A DNA stretch of 64,000 nucleotides from the human T2T-CHM13v2.0 reference genome, Homo sapiens: NCBI RefSeq assembly GCF_009914755.1, contig NC_060939.1. The stretch is one strand, 5' to 3'. Shown piece by piece: positions 40,927-57,745 of the stretch. Under the pieces are notes generated by a model that was not told the origin of the DNA, did no database searches, and worked only from the letters and a program-made list of their open reading frames with translations. Every line of letters starts with the position of its first letter. Positions within the stretch are counted from its first letter, which is position 1. Position numbers and translations under genes: made by a program.

Positions 40927-41043
40927 GATTCCACCTCAACAACCAGCTCTATGACATCATTACCATGCGGTACGCAGACAAACACATGAACATCGACTTT
41001 GACAGTTTCATCTGCTGCTTCGTTAGGCTGGAGGGCATGTTCA
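40927..41043 (+). CDS. CAPN3: Calpain-3 exon 22 (117 nt)
   Basis: [39 protein letters not shown]; donor gtaagt. Confidence 0.98.
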
Positions 41044-41329
41044 GTAAGTGGGAGAGGGGGGCTGCCCTCTGCTCTCTTGCAGGGGCAGTTGTGGCAACAG
41101 GCATCTCACCTGATAATCTCCAGTCTGCTCCATCCAGGCTGAACAAGGGCCAATGACCTCTTTAGGCCCAGAATGGGATGGCAAAGGGAGGGTTACTGGT
41201 GATTCTCTGCCTGCACATCTTTGTGCTGATGAGGGACAGCACTGGGCACACGGTCCTCTGAGGGGAAGTTACAGTAGTAGAGGCGGAGTGCGCCTGTAAC
41301 TGGCCTCTGGCCTGTGCATTCTTTCACAG

Positions 41330-41388
41330 GAGCTTTTCATGCATTTGACAAGGATGGAGATGGTATCATCAAGCTCAACGTTCTGGAG
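41330..41388 (+). CDS. CAPN3: Calpain-3 exon 23 (59 nt)
   Basis: (R)AFHAFDKDGDGIIKLNVLE. Confidence 0.97.
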
Positions 41389-41731
41389 GTAAAGCATAGG
41401 CACAGCACATTCCCCCTACACATTAAAACTCAAGGTGGAGGGGTCAACGGGGCGGACTGGACCCAGGGTGTGCTCCTCATTTCCACACAGTGGTGGAGGG
41501 AAGGGATAGGAACAGAACATGGAGGGAGGCTCAGCAGGCTCCCAGGACACATGCACTTGAGGCCCAAAAGGACCTCTGCTCCCCCAGTCACTTGATGCGG
41601 GAAAACATGCACCTTCTTAGGGAAGATCTAGGAGAAAGGAAACAGTAAGCCACTGCTTCTTGGAAAATCTTCTGGGGGTCTGACCTGCTGGGACTGTTCC
41701 CTTTCCTCTTGCCCCGTAAGATTCCTAGGGC

Positions 41732-41750
41732 GGGGGGGGGGGGGGGGGGG
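41732..41750 (+). repeat. G19 homopolymer in CAPN3 intron 23
   Basis: Read directly. Confidence 0.95.
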
Positions 41751-41794
41751 TCACTCTTTTCTGATCTACATTCTGATCTTGGGACTTCTTTCAG

Positions 41795-41821
41795 TGGCTG
41801 CAGCTCACCATGTATGCCTGA
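41795..41821 (+). CDS. CAPN3: Calpain-3 exon 24, coding part
   Basis: ttctttcag|WLQLTMYA*; TGA 41819-41821. Confidence 0.97.
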   Translation, partial: WLQLTMYA

Positions 41822-42340
41822 ACCAGGCTGGCCTCATCCAAAGCCATGCAGGATCACTCAGGATTTCAGTTTCACCCTCTATTTCCAAAGCCATTTACCT
41901 CAAAGGACCCAGCAGCTACACCCCTACAGGCTTCCAGGCACCTCATCAGTCATGTTCCTCCTCCATTTTACCCCCTACCCATCCTTGATCGGTCATGCCT
42001 AGCCTGACCCTTTAGTAAAGCAATGAGGTAGGAAGAACAAACCCTTGTCCCTTTGCCATGTGGAGGAAAGTGCCTGCCTCTGGTCCGAGCCGCCTCGGTT
42101 CTGAAGCGAGTGCTCCTGCTTACCTTGCTCTAGGCTGTCTGCAGAAGCACCTGCCGGTGGCACTCAGCACCTCCTTGTGCTAGAGCCCTCCATCACCTTC
42201 ACGCTGTCCCACCATGGGCCAGGAACCAAACCAGCACTGGGTTCTACTGCTGTGGGGTAAACTAACTCAGTGGAATAGGGCTGGTTACTTTGGGCTGTCC
42301 AACTCATAAGTTTGGCTGCATTTTGAAAAAAGCTGATCTA

Positions 42341-42346
42341 AATAAA
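42341..42346 (+). terminator. CAPN3: CAPN3 poly(A) signal
   Basis: AATAAA with GT-rich downstream element (gtgttttgttgt, ~42371); cleavage about 42365. A second AATAAA lies at 42598. Confidence 0.85.
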
Positions 42347-42887
42347 GGCATGTGTATGGCTGGTCCCCTTGTGTTTTGTTGTCTCACATTTAGATATCAG
42401 CCATGCATGACTGAATGGCTTCCAATCATATACTCACCTATCACCTACAAGAGAACAATGAAAAACACACACAAAAACAAAATCTTGAATTTTGTAATCA
42501 TGCCTATTGCTATTTCTTGAGCATAAGAATGGCTCAGATACTTTCCAAGACATAAAAGGAAGGCAGAGGAATAGTTGTTGCTGTAAAAGACATCAAGAAT
42601 AAATGGGTCATGTACAACGGGAGGGGCCGGTTACCTGAATAATGGAGTGGAGATTGAGCTATCCTAGCTCCTCTGCTCACTAACTGACCTGTCGCATGAC
42701 CGTGGACAAAACCCTGAACGCAGCTGTTTGTTTGCTAAACTTCTCTGGACCATGGCCTGCGGCATATCTATAGGCATCCTGTGTTTTCCACCCAGTTTCC
42801 TTCTTCCTCGCTAAGCCAACGTGGAAAGGGCTGGCCGTGAATATGCAGACAAGGTAACGAAAGTAAACCGTCAATTAGTAAAAGTAC

Positions 42888-42893
42888 TTTATT
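42888..42893 (-). terminator. ZNF106: ZNF106 distal poly(A) signal
   Basis: TTTATT on plus = AATAAA on minus, at the end of the AT-rich UTR block. Confidence 0.7.
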
Positions 42894-45169
42894 TTCCTCT
42901 TGTATTTGCTTTATATCTTGCTTTACAAAGTTACGAAGTTCACAGCTTTATACCAAAATGTAAGAAGGCTATTTGCTTATAAACATTTTTGCAGTCAGGT
43001 GTCATCTGATTTCATTCTTCTAATCCATATTCAATATTAAAAAAATCAGAAACCAAGGGTGCTGGAGCAGCTCTAGGGCATATATTTCTCTTAAATAGGA
43101 GAAAGATTTTCAACAGCTTTTCCTCCTTGACCCCCTCCTTTCCCAATTTATTTGGGTCACTACCTTGAATTTAGAGTGAATCTGGGAAATGTAGTCACCA
43201 GGTAACCCAGCAGGGCCATATACTTGGGCTTGGAGGTGAGGTTAGAGGTTACTGTCTAATACAGTAGGTCTGGTTTCTATGAGGAGCTCATATCCACTTG
43301 CATAAGGAAACCTAGTCTATCCCAAATCACCTCCACCACAACTTCTATTCCTGTCTATTAGACCACTTCTCTTAAACCCGAGGAACCTGATGATTTGGGG
43401 GCAGGGATAAAACCATTATTTTATAAATGTGGCAGGTATGGCCTTCGTAATTCTAGAAGCTCCCGTTTAGGTAACAGAAACAAAATTTAGATGTAAGCAT
43501 AAACTGCAGTTATTTGAGCAAACCAGAGCATATGTGCTGTTCAAATCCCACTTCACAATATACTTCAATCTCACCTCCAATGAATTCTCTTCCATAAAAT
43601 AAACCATTCCACTAAGTATATACCTACTCCCACCAAATCATCCACATGCCTCATCACTAAAGTTGTCCCTTGTATAATCTACCAGCAAAAAGACAAAATA
43701 AAACCTGTGTTAAGCAAATAATCACTTAAACAGTAATAATATTGCCTCTAAATTAAAGGTAAGTCAGGAGCTGAACACTCAACTGTTAACTCTTCTGGGG
43801 AAGAAGAAAATTTTTCCCACAAAAGCAGGAGTGCAGTAGTAAGTAATGACTTTCTCTCAGATTCAAGTAACATCAGGTCAAGATAACCTTTGCTGTTAGA
43901 GTTTTGTTTGCATGGTGTGGAACTGCTTTATAAACTGAGTAGAGACGTATGCCAAAATTATTTTTAACCTAATTAAAAACTTTCACAGAAAACTTGAAGT
44001 GACTGATACTTTATCACAACGAACTGCCATTTAAACACTAGCATAGGTACACAAAAAGATTTATACTATGGTTTTCTTGGCTTTAAGCCATTAGAATTAG
44101 ACAAAAGCAACCGAGAGTAACATTCTAAAAGTGGCTTCAACTACTTTAAAGACATGAGTCAGTTTTTGTCAGGTCATTTAATGGTTTCTTTCCTTCACAA
44201 AGCCACTAAATGCCAGAGTCAACACAGATCCCTGAGCCATAGCTCTTCTCTGAGGGGAAACAGGGTTATAATCAGTCACAACATTGTGGAAGACATTAAA
44301 AAAAGAAGGCAAAGTTCTGTATAATTTTCAAGACTCTTGTAAGTAGTAACACACAGCCATAAGCAGCCAAAATGCTTATGGTCCCTTTATTTCTTAATAG
44401 AGGGCTAGAACCGTTCATTTGGGGTAACACACTAATCTGGTGTTAAAAGAATTTCATGTGTTCTTGAAACAAAGGCATACTGCCACTGCTTCAAAAAAAG
44501 CCTTTGTGAAATGAAGAAAAATATGACAAACACAGGTTCCCACACGTACACATACATACAAAGGAACCTGCACACTTGCACACACACAGGCAGGTATAGG
44601 CACACAGTTCCACCAAAGCGAAGTCCAAATCAGAGTTCTTACCGATTCTACCACTCTGTAATACTCTCAGAAGTTCCCACAACTGCCCAACACCTCACCT
44701 ACCCGTTTCCTGCTGCACAAAGTCTCCTTCACTCTCATCTTTTCGATACATCGTCAGGCAGGGCAGAAGGGCACTACGCCGCAGAGCATTCGAGGCTCTC
44801 AGCACACTGCCAGCCAGCGTGAAAATGCGGCTTCACTACAGCCCAGAGAAAAGGGCCAGGTTTAGTCATCGATCCAGATGCATTTTCCCGGGAAATGACC
44901 ATTCCCAAACCCACAGAACAGTTTGGCTTCTCTGGATATCCTTATAGGAAATAGGGGTGAGAGGTGGGAAAAGCTTCTCAATCTCATACAGAAACAGCAC
45001 AAATATTTAATACACCTTTTGCAACAAGATCTTCTCTGTTCTCCATTAAGCATCATGTAAATCTCACTAGTGTGGTTAACAAAATGGCTTTCCCCAAGGA
45101 CAGAAGTCAAGAGCTTGTGGGGCCATATATTATCTAGTACTAGGCCATTCATTATCTCCTAGATTAACT

Positions 45170-46079
<910 letters not shown>

Positions 46080-47351
46080 ACGTTCTGAGTTTTGAGGATC
46101 CAGAAACAAAAGGCTGGAAAGCGACACTTCTACAGGTTTACTGATGAGTCCGGAGAAAATCCAAAAACAAAGCCCCACTGAGGGTTTGTGAATTTGGCTG
46201 TTCTCAGTGGCCAGGCAGAGTCTCTGCTCCACTCTTCTTTCCCAGCTAGCAGGGAAGTGAAGGCAAAGAACTGTCTCAGAAACAAGTCTCTAGGAAGTCT
46301 GCTTGAGGTCCTGAAAACTGTATTCAGATGCTTTATTCTAACCCCCTCTCCCCCACCATCTTAGTTGCTGCAGGGGGGTGGAAAACACCCCGTGAGCCCA
46401 GAGGAATATTCGATGGCTGCCATCGGTCTAGGCACGGCCATACAGTGGGAGAGATGGAGGCTGGCAACTGAACAAACCAAAAGGGTTCAAACCAACATTA
46501 GGCTTGCAGGGTCAGACACTAGAAAGGAAGATAAAGGTACACCTCCAGTTCAACAGCCTGACAGGATCTGTAACAGGTAGTGCCCAGGTTCAACAGCAGA
46601 TGTAAAGGTAGACGTTAGGTCTACGCACTGCCTCACACTGAGCTTTCTATCCACATTTACAGAGATTTACTAGAAGTGGTGTCTGTAAGGACTTGTCACT
46701 ATGTGATTTGCTTCCTGAATTCCTAAAAGATAGTCAGCAGAGCAGCCACTGTTTGTCAAAAATCTACTGTGTCCTTTAGCACTTAAAGCCAGCTCTATCT
46801 ATAAAGCAAGAAAACAGTGACACACACTGCACATAATTGTTAAGAAAGAAAACTATTTGCTTCCAGTTTAAATACCCAGCTATTACAAATGGAGAAATTA
46901 AAACTGATCCTCAAAGTCTGGCACTTAAACAAACTTGTACTTAAAAGCCTGACTATAGGTTTAAACCATCATAAGAACATAAATTAAAAATTGCAAACTG
47001 AAATCAATAAAATATACATATGATTAGGGTCAAACTGGGTAACCAATTAGGATCTGTATCTTCAATAAACATCTGGAGAACGCAAATAGCATATATCACT
47101 ATATGCCATGCTGTCCCAGAGAAGTATGGTTCCTTAACATTTGTCTAAATCTATTTAAAACCTCCAGCAAGAACTTAAAAGTGTAATTTATCATCCCATA
47201 GAGCTGCCCAGACTTATGCTAGGGGTATGCCTGGCTAGTAACCACTTTCTCCTTCCTTACTTCACCAAGAAAGGGAAGAGAGTGGCCTGTGTGGGGGGCC
47301 AATGTGAAAATAGTTCAACTAATGACTTCCCAACGTGGGAGGCAAAAAACT

Positions 47352-47408
47352 TCATGAATCAATTTTGCTGTCATCTTCAGCATGTCGTTCAATATGTCCT
47401 GCAGCATC
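47352..47408 (-). CDS. ZNF106: ZNF106 terminal coding exon
   Basis: cattcctag|DAAGHIERHAEDDSKIDS*. Confidence 0.93.
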   Translation of the reverse strand, partial: DAAGHIERHAEDDSKIDS

Positions 47409-47846
47409 CTAGGAATGAAGGGAAAAGGGCCCATGAGAGAGAAGTCGATAGTAAGACAGGAGAAAGTCAAAGCCAAGGAAAGCCATGTGGGTCCATTCCA
47501 CCTAGGATCCAGACAGGAAAGGCAGTTAGGAGCCAGCACTTTGCTAACTTACGTGAAACCATGTACTTAAAGGTGAGCTGTTGTCTCAGCACAAGAGCAC
47601 TGTAATAAATCTCCAGGTTCAGTTACTGGATTTGAAACATCTGAAAACATTCTCTTTAGGCCCTTTCTCAAAAATGACCTAATTCTTCATTTGCAACTTC
47701 ATTAAGCTACCCCCCAAATCTCTGAATCATAAAAATAAAAAACCCTAGGCCCTCCCTATATATGGCAATTCTCAATAATAAAAAAGGTTTGCTAGCCCCT
47801 GCTCTGAGCAGTCTACTGAATCCCAGGCAAACCTCAAGTCCCACTA

Positions 47847-48053
<207 letters not shown>

Positions 48054-48425
48054 TCAGAACAGCCCCCAGCTGGATCCCATAAGCACTATGGAAGCAAAAA
48101 GCCAGCCCCTTATTTCAAATTTATTCTTGGCTAGAAAAGACAACAAAGCCAAGGCAACCAAAATATCAGTATAATGAGGAACCTTGAAAATACTGGAAAA
48201 ATCTTTTGATATTTTGAGAGGGCACAGCACTAACGTAGCAATTACAACTTCTTAAATCAGGAAAAGGCCAGCAAATGTTTATGGGTAAATTACCATGAAA
48301 TTCTGTTTAAACTGTATTTTTTGATGTTGCCATCATAAAATTGAGTTTCTATCTTAGTTTATTCAATACAAAAGGCAAATACCTTTCCTATAATATCGAA
48401 AGGGCTTTTTTTTTTTTTTTTTTGA

Positions 48426-48605
<180 letters not shown>

Positions 48606-49109
48606 TAGTAAAGACAGGGTTTCACCATGTTGGTCAGGCTGGTCTCAAACTCCCAACCTCAAGTGATCCGCCCATCTTGGCCTCCCAAAGTGCTGGGATT
48701 ACAGGCGTGAGCCACCGCACCCCGCCCGAAAGGGCTATTTTTAACAATTCTAAGAACTGTTGAATGTAAATGTGAAAATAAAAATGTCTGATAAAGAAAA
48801 CTACATTTGTGGAAATATTTATTGTAGAATACTGTGTTTGCCATGGAAGCCTGACTTTACTCACAACCTTTGTCACTTGAATCTCAATCTTATGAATACC
48901 TACTTATTTTTTTAAGCTATAATTTTACTTATAAACGTGGCTTAATTTCATGTATTAGAAAGCATAAGCTAGTGTCTTATGCTTCCTAAGTGGTGGCTCA
49001 GTGGGATTACACCCTGTAATCCCAGCACTTTGGGAGGCCGAGGTGGGTGGTTCACTTCAGCCCAGGAGCTCGAGACCAGCCTGGGCAACATAGTGAGACC
49101 CTTTCTCTA

Positions 49110-49301
<192 letters not shown>

Positions 49302-49780
49302 CTATCCAGGAGGCTGAGGCAGGAGAATCGCTGGAACTTGGGAAGTGGAGGCTGCAGTGAGCCAAGATCGCACTCCAGCCTGGGTGACAGAGCGAGACTC
49401 TGTCTCAGAAAAAAAATAAATAATAAAAATAATACAAAAATTAGCTGGGCATAGTGGCACATGCCTACAGTCCCAGCTACCAGGGAGGCCGAGGTAGGGT
49501 GATTGCTGGAGCCTGGGAGGCTGAAGCTGCAGTGACTGTTGTGACCACACCGCTGCACTCCCGCCTGAGTAACATAACAAGACCCTGTCTCAAAAAAAAA
49601 AAGAAAAGAAAAACAAGGAAGCACAAAGACTCTCTGTCTTGGCTTTTCCCTACAGGCTTGTTGGTAAAGTCTTGTGATTCTAATTCGAACACATGTTTAT
49701 TTCTTAAAAGTAATGCAGGCCGGGCACTGTGGCTCACGCCTGTCATCCCAGCACTTTGGGAGGCCGAGGCAGGTGGTTCA

Positions 49781-50048
<268 letters not shown>

Positions 50049-50145
50049 TCAGTACTACTCCATCCTTCTCTCTATAAAGCCAGAGGTATCTTCCCCATTT
50101 CTCTCTATAGATTAACTCTATTTGTGTACTCTGGATCCTGTCGTT

Positions 50146-50451
50146 CAGTAGTGCCTCCTTATCCATGGTTTCACTTTCTGAGGTTTTAGTTACCTGTGGT
50201 TAACTGATCTTCAAAAATATTAATTGGAAAATTCCCAAAATAAACAATTCTTGAGTTTTAAATTGCACATTATTCTGAGCAGTGTGATGAAATCTCCTGC
50301 CATCCCACTCCATCTTGCCCAGATGTGAACTGTCCCTCTGTCCAACATATCTACATTATATTCGCTACCGCCTGTTAGTCACTTAGCCCTCTTGATTATT
50401 ACATCAAAAAAACATAGACCATATCCCCCTTGGATAAAGAGGAACTGCACT
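50146..50451. mobile_element. MER44-like (Tigger7) remnant
   Basis: cagtagt.cc.ccttatcc.tggtttc.ctttc...aaataaacaattc.t.agttttaaattgc; inverted ggataa at the far end. Confidence 0.75.
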
Positions 50452-51072
50452 AGATTCTGCTTGCCTTCACTGAGAAAATTAAAAAGCAAAGATAGTAATA
50501 TGTAAAGAGCTAAAAAGTCACTAAGCTGTGGGCAAGCGTAAAGTCGAATTTTAAAATGGAGAGTGTCAAGTTCACGCCATCAATGCTGAAAAGGATCTTA
50601 GGGTTTTAGGGAAAAGCTACCATTGTTAGAACTGACGAAAAAAAAATTAAGGCTTATAAGAAATAGTGTGAAAATTTTAAGGGTTAATCATCAGTCCTAA
50701 CCCCAAAATAAAAACCACACAATTCAGCCTGATGAACTAAGGTTTAGAACTTACAAGACCTTAAATTTTTTTTATTTGCCTATTCCTCAAAAACCAATGA
50801 GGACACAAACCAAACCATTAACACTAGTAATCTCTGATGAGCGGGAGTAGAGGGGGCAGTGCCATTACCAAAATAAGCACTTCCGCTTTTTATTTCATAT
50901 ATTTCTGTACTGTTGTTTTCTAAGCATGTATTGATTTTATAATAAAACAAAACCACCACCGAGGAGACAACCTGTGATCTACAGTGTAAGGCATAAAGTA
51001 GATGCTAAAATATAAAAATGCTACACTGATGATAATGAAGATCTATCAATTAGCCTAGGGTGAAGCAACCTA

Positions 51073-51204
<132 letters not shown>

Positions 51205-51862
51205 TCAGACCAAAATACATACAAACTACAAAACACCCTCAAAACAAGAGTCACAAGCTCCTTGCAGCAGCTACAAGAAAACAAACACCTAAATCAAAAC
51301 CAGCTCCAGAGCAGGAGAATGGGAAAGTATTTTCCAGATCTTCTAGTCTAGGTATTTTGCAGCTGTGCTCCTTAGAAAGCCACTTGGGACCAGGGCAGAG
51401 AGGAGTGGCAGGGCTCAGAGGCACCCACTTGTCCTTTATACTTTAACTGGGGTAGCCCTGGTTTCTATCGGGTGCTCTATGTTAGGCACCTGTATTTCCC
51501 TGGAAAAGAAAGGATTCTACTACTCAGAGTCTGAAAAACATCCATTCTGGTTCAACTCCATAACTTAAAAATAAAAAAAACAAGGCTTAGCAGGGTTACG
51601 TGAGTTGGTTTCTACTTTTAGGTCTGCTGTAACCATGCCACACTGGCCAAATCTCCTGACTCCATTCCAGTGTTCCATTCAGATCATGTCTCTGGAAAAG
51701 GCACCACTCAATTTTTTGAAGCATCTTAAATTTACCTTCTATTAAACTGTAGTTGATACTACCATTTTTATTGTAATAATTTTGGCTATTAATAGACAAT
51801 GGAATATTCAACACTGTCCCCTGGTTACTTCCCTATTATGCCAAGAGATGGGAAGGTACTTA

Positions 51863-52084
<222 letters not shown>

Positions 52085-52518
52085 TTAATAAGTACAGTCC
52101 CTAAAGGCCTTTGGCAGGTTTAAAACCACACCTGAGGCGCCAAGTGGAAGCACCAGTAGCATTCTAACAGAAATATAATCTAATGGCAATTTTTCTTTTA
52201 CATTCTACTACTCAAGGAGGGAGCTGGTAATTAGAAGTAATAAAATCAATTTTGTTAGAATCAGAGTTTCAAACTTGAAACTGCACACAAGGAGAACTAG
52301 ACAGGTTTTAAGAGACTGGAGTTGCTCTCCAGAAATTAAGTTTTGACACCCATGACCCAGATCAAGTATCTTAGAGTGGTTTCTGAAAGCTGCAGTCCAC
52401 AGGCCAGCTGTTTCATAATTATCTAGAATGCTTGTGAAAATACAGATTCCTGGGTTCCATCCCACCTTACTGTATCAAAAATCAACACTAAACCCAAATA
52501 GACAATCTCCCCAAATCA

Positions 52519-52668
<150 letters not shown>

Positions 52669-53251
52669 CTATGTCAGAAGAGAAGTAAGAGTCACCAGAC
52701 TGACTTTCGAGACTCCTTCCTGGTTATAATTCTATAATTCTAAGAGGCATAATTCTGAGGATACTGTACACATATAATTAATACAATTAATTGTATTAAC
52801 TGTACAAATACAGTTAATACAACTGTATTAACTTTAATAGCAGAAGTATCCCACAATCATTTATTACATATACAAAATATATGGATTGTATCCTGATGGA
52901 AAGACTCTAATATTAGTCATGGAAAGAAAGCGGCCAAAACTCTATCTGTATTTATAGCTTTCCAAGTACTTTCACTTTTTTCATTTCACTGGATCTAGAC
53001 CACAAGTCTATCAGGTGGGAATTATTCTGAGGTTATGAACCAGGAACTGAGCTTCAAAAAGCTGCCTCTATGACCTGAGAACAGTCTCTCAGCTGTTTCT
53101 GTTGTTCATTTTTTTAAGAGATGGGGTCTCACAGGCCGGGCACAGTGGCTCACACCTATAATTCCAAAACTTTGGGAGGCCGAGCTGGGCAGATTACTTG
53201 AGCTCAGGAGTTCAAGACCAGCCTGGGCAACATGGCAAGACTCCATCTCTA

Positions 53252-53416
<165 letters not shown>

Positions 53417-54024
53417 TCAAAAAAAAAAAAGAAAGAAAGAAAGAAATGGGGTCTCACTTGGTCACCCAGGGTGGAGTGCAGTGGTGCAATCACAGCTCAC
53501 TGCAGCCTTGAACTCCTGGGGCCAAATAATCCTCCCACCTCAGCCTCCTGAGTAGCTGGAATTACAGGACGCACTGCCATGCCCAGCTAATTAAAAAAAA
53601 ATTTTTTTTAAGAGATGGGGCCACTATTTTGCCTAGGCTGGTCTCAAACTCCTGGCCTCAAGTGATCTTCCCACCTCAGCCTTCTGAGTAGCTGGCATTA
53701 CAGGTGACAGCCATTGGGCCCAGCTCTCAGCTGTTTTTACTAGTTCTATTTTAACTACATATCATATCCACTTTCTGGAAGCCTCAGCTGCTCAGTTTAT
53801 TTCAAGTTTAAATGAGGCATTCAAACTAAACCTTACATAAAGCCTGTCTGTCCACCATTAAAAACTTTGATGAGGTAGAATTTCTAAATTACACAATATT
53901 ATCCAAGAGCATATGCACAGGGATGATTACGAATCCCTTCGGTGGATAAAGGGCTTAATTTAAATTGCAAGAGGTTTAAGAAAACCATCAAGCTTTAACC
54001 ATTATTTTATTCACAGTTTCTTTA

Positions 54025-54150
<126 letters not shown>

Positions 54151-54830
54151 TTAATTTTCTCTATAACTTGTAATACACATTGGCAAATTCTAATTTCCAT
54201 CCTATTTTGAGATGAGCACGATGAACTAGGTATAAAAGTTTCTCAGATGAATTTTCTCAGCTGAAACTTACACCCCCCTACCAAGCATGCTAATGAACTG
54301 ACAATGTATTATTACGTTTGTTACCTTTCCAGAATGATTATGAAGCAGCCTAGAAGGGCATTCGAGTATACCCACAGTATAACAAAATACACTCATTGTT
54401 TCTCAAATGAAAGTGCATCACTTGGTGATGTTGGTGTAAAGAAAAGGTTTGCAATCTCCTTGCTCTTTCCAAGGTGGTGCTTCTAAATGATGCATGAGAC
54501 AACACGGGAAATGCCATTTAAAACCCTTCTTTGTTTTGTTTTGCTTTGCTTGAGTCAAGGTCTCACTCTGTTGCCCATGCTAGAGTACAGTGGCACAATC
54601 ATGGCTCACTGCAGCCTCGATCTTTGGTGCTCAAGTGATTCTCCCACCTCAGCCTCATAAGTAGTACAGGTGCACACCACAACATCCCGCTAATTTTTGT
54701 ATTTTTTTGTAGAGATCGAGTTTTGCCATGTTGCCCTGGCTGGTCTCGAACTTCTGAGCTCAAGCGATCCCCCTGCCTCACCCTCCCAAAGTGCTGGGAC
54801 TACAGACGTGAGCCACCTCGCCTGGCCTCA

Positions 54831-55091
<261 letters not shown>

Positions 55092-56578
55092 TTACAGCTA
55101 AAACCAACTTAGCTGGAAAATTCAACTAACCAACATCATTACCTTGGTACAAACTCATTTCTGTCACCTGTACTCAAATTTTCATACCCACTCTGCAGCC
55201 TTAACTTATCCATCTCCGCTATTTCCCACTCCAACCCTTTTTACTGAACCTCCCCCATCCCCTGATCTGAGGAGGGCAAACGCTTACATTATAAACTCAT
55301 TTATAACTTCAACCCACACCATCTCCATCCTAATTAGAAACTGGTTCTCTTTTTATGCTTTCTTTCACCACCTGTAAGTTAATAATAATGAAGGGTGAAC
55401 CTTTTTTTTTCAAACTCTAGTGCATATTCCCTGACACCGACCCAGGAACTATTTCTGTCATCCAAAATTTAGGCAATCTATGTGTCATGCTGTTTCCAAA
55501 AATCTCTATTTAGAATTACCTTCCTAGGTAATTTCAGTAAGTCTCAAATTCTCCACTTTTTTTTTTTGAGACGGAGTCTCGCTCTGTCGCCCAGGCTGGA
55601 GTGCAATGGCGCCATCTCAGCTCACTCCAACCTCCGCTTCCTGGGTTCAAGTGAGTCTCCTGCCGCAGCCTCCTGAGTAGCTGGGATTACAGGCGCCCGC
55701 CATCACACCTGGCTAATTTTTGTATTTTTGTAAAGACAGGGTTTCACCATGTTGGCCAGGATGGTCTTGAACTCCTAACCTCAGGTGATCTGCCTGCCTC
55801 AGCCTCCCATTACAGGCGTGAGCCACCACACCTGGCCTAAATTCTCCACCTTATTATGATGTTCTTCTGGCACCTGGTTCCATGTCATCTCTCACAACAT
55901 CATTTAGTAGACTATAGAAGCCTAATTATATCAGAGTGGTAGGGTCACATCCTGAATCCCAAAACATTCTTTTATCTCAGATTTTAGACTTCTTTCCTTC
56001 ATCCCCCAGCCAACCCTGTTCATTAAGCCTCCCACTTCCACAGAAGTTTTTTAGGTGCATGCCTGGAGTAAGGCTCCTAAAACTAAGCAGAAAGCGACAG
56101 CTGGGAGCCTACATTGCTGAGCAATGATTTCAACAGTGTTGAAGTGCTAGGGAGACAGACTGAAAGGAGGTCAGGACCCAAAGGTGGACCGGCCCTGGTA
56201 AACAGTCCTGGCTCTCTGTTGTGACTCCAGAAGCACTACATTCTAAGAGTATGGGCAACCTAGGAAAAAGCCCAGCCCTCATCTTCAAAATTCACATCTA
56301 TGCAGAGATTCTCAAATGTCTGTCTCTAGGACCATCTTCTCCAGGGCTTTTCAATCCTTTAAAGAACTTTTCCATTTGAATTTCTTGTCATCATCTCATC
56401 ATTTTGCCTCAAGATTGTCTTGCTCCTTACTTCTGTCTACTACTTAAAAAAAAAAAAAAGAGAGAGAGACAGGGTCTCACTCTGTCAGCCAGTCTTGAGT
56501 ACAATGGTGTGATTATAGCTCACTGCAGCCTTGAAGTCCTGGCCCCAAGCAATCCACCTGCCTCAGCTTCCTGAGTAG

Positions 56579-56818
<240 letters not shown>

Positions 56819-57639
56819 TAAAATATTTTAAATTTACTTTCCTCTCCATTTCTATTGCCCTAATCCAATTTAATCAGACTTAGAACTTGTCTGCATCTAA
56901 AATGCAAAAATCTTCACTAATTGCCCTTCTGTGATGTATCATATCGAACAGACCAAATCACTTGGCACTTGATTATATACGTGCTAAATTCTTCTCACTT
57001 GATCTTAAGTTTCCTGTAGGCAGAAACCATGACATATTTCAATGCACACCTTCTGTTAGTTCCAGCTAGCATGCAGCCTATGAATGACACTGTAATAGTA
57101 CCATTCTAACACATGGTTACAAGATGACCAGAGGATATGGTGCCACAACTAATTAGCAATCAAACCTATCGATTCTACCTCTTGGATTATATATTTCCTC
57201 CATTCCCTTCTCTTCATCCTGTTTAACCTTTTTCATGTCAGCTTCCACTACAAAACCTCCTAAATGGTCTCCCTGCCTTTGCTAATACCAATCTTTCCCA
57301 ATCTTATCAACTCCAGTGACTTTTTCTAAAATATAATGGGATCATGTCTCTCATACTTTACAGCCTGTAAGATGAAGTCCAACTACCTTAACAAAGCACA
57401 CAGGGCCATCAAAAACTAAACCTTATCCTGGGGCCTAGCACATAACAGATGCTCAATAAAGGCTAGGTCAACAAATGAATTTATCTCTGGTTTAGGAAAG
57501 AATGAAGCCATATGGGCATTACAGCAAACCTCTTAGTTCACCTCACAGATGGGCCGCCCTCATGAAACCCTAAACCAGTGCCAAACCACACCAATGTCAT
57601 ACTCAACGGAATTTAAGTTCATTTTTCTTCATTTTTTTT

Positions 57640-57745
57640 AAAATATGTAATGCTTCATGAATTTGCGTGTCATCCTTGTGCAGGGACCATGCTAATCTTC
57701 TCTGTATCATTCCAATTTTAGTGTATGTGCTGTCAAAGTGAGCAC
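57640..57745 (-). pseudogene. Full-length U6 snRNA processed pseudogene
   Basis: About 10 mismatches in 106 nt to U6 (by eye, mostly CpG decay); A-tail; target-site duplication ttaagttcattttt at 57613-57626 and 57746-57759. Confidence 0.95.
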
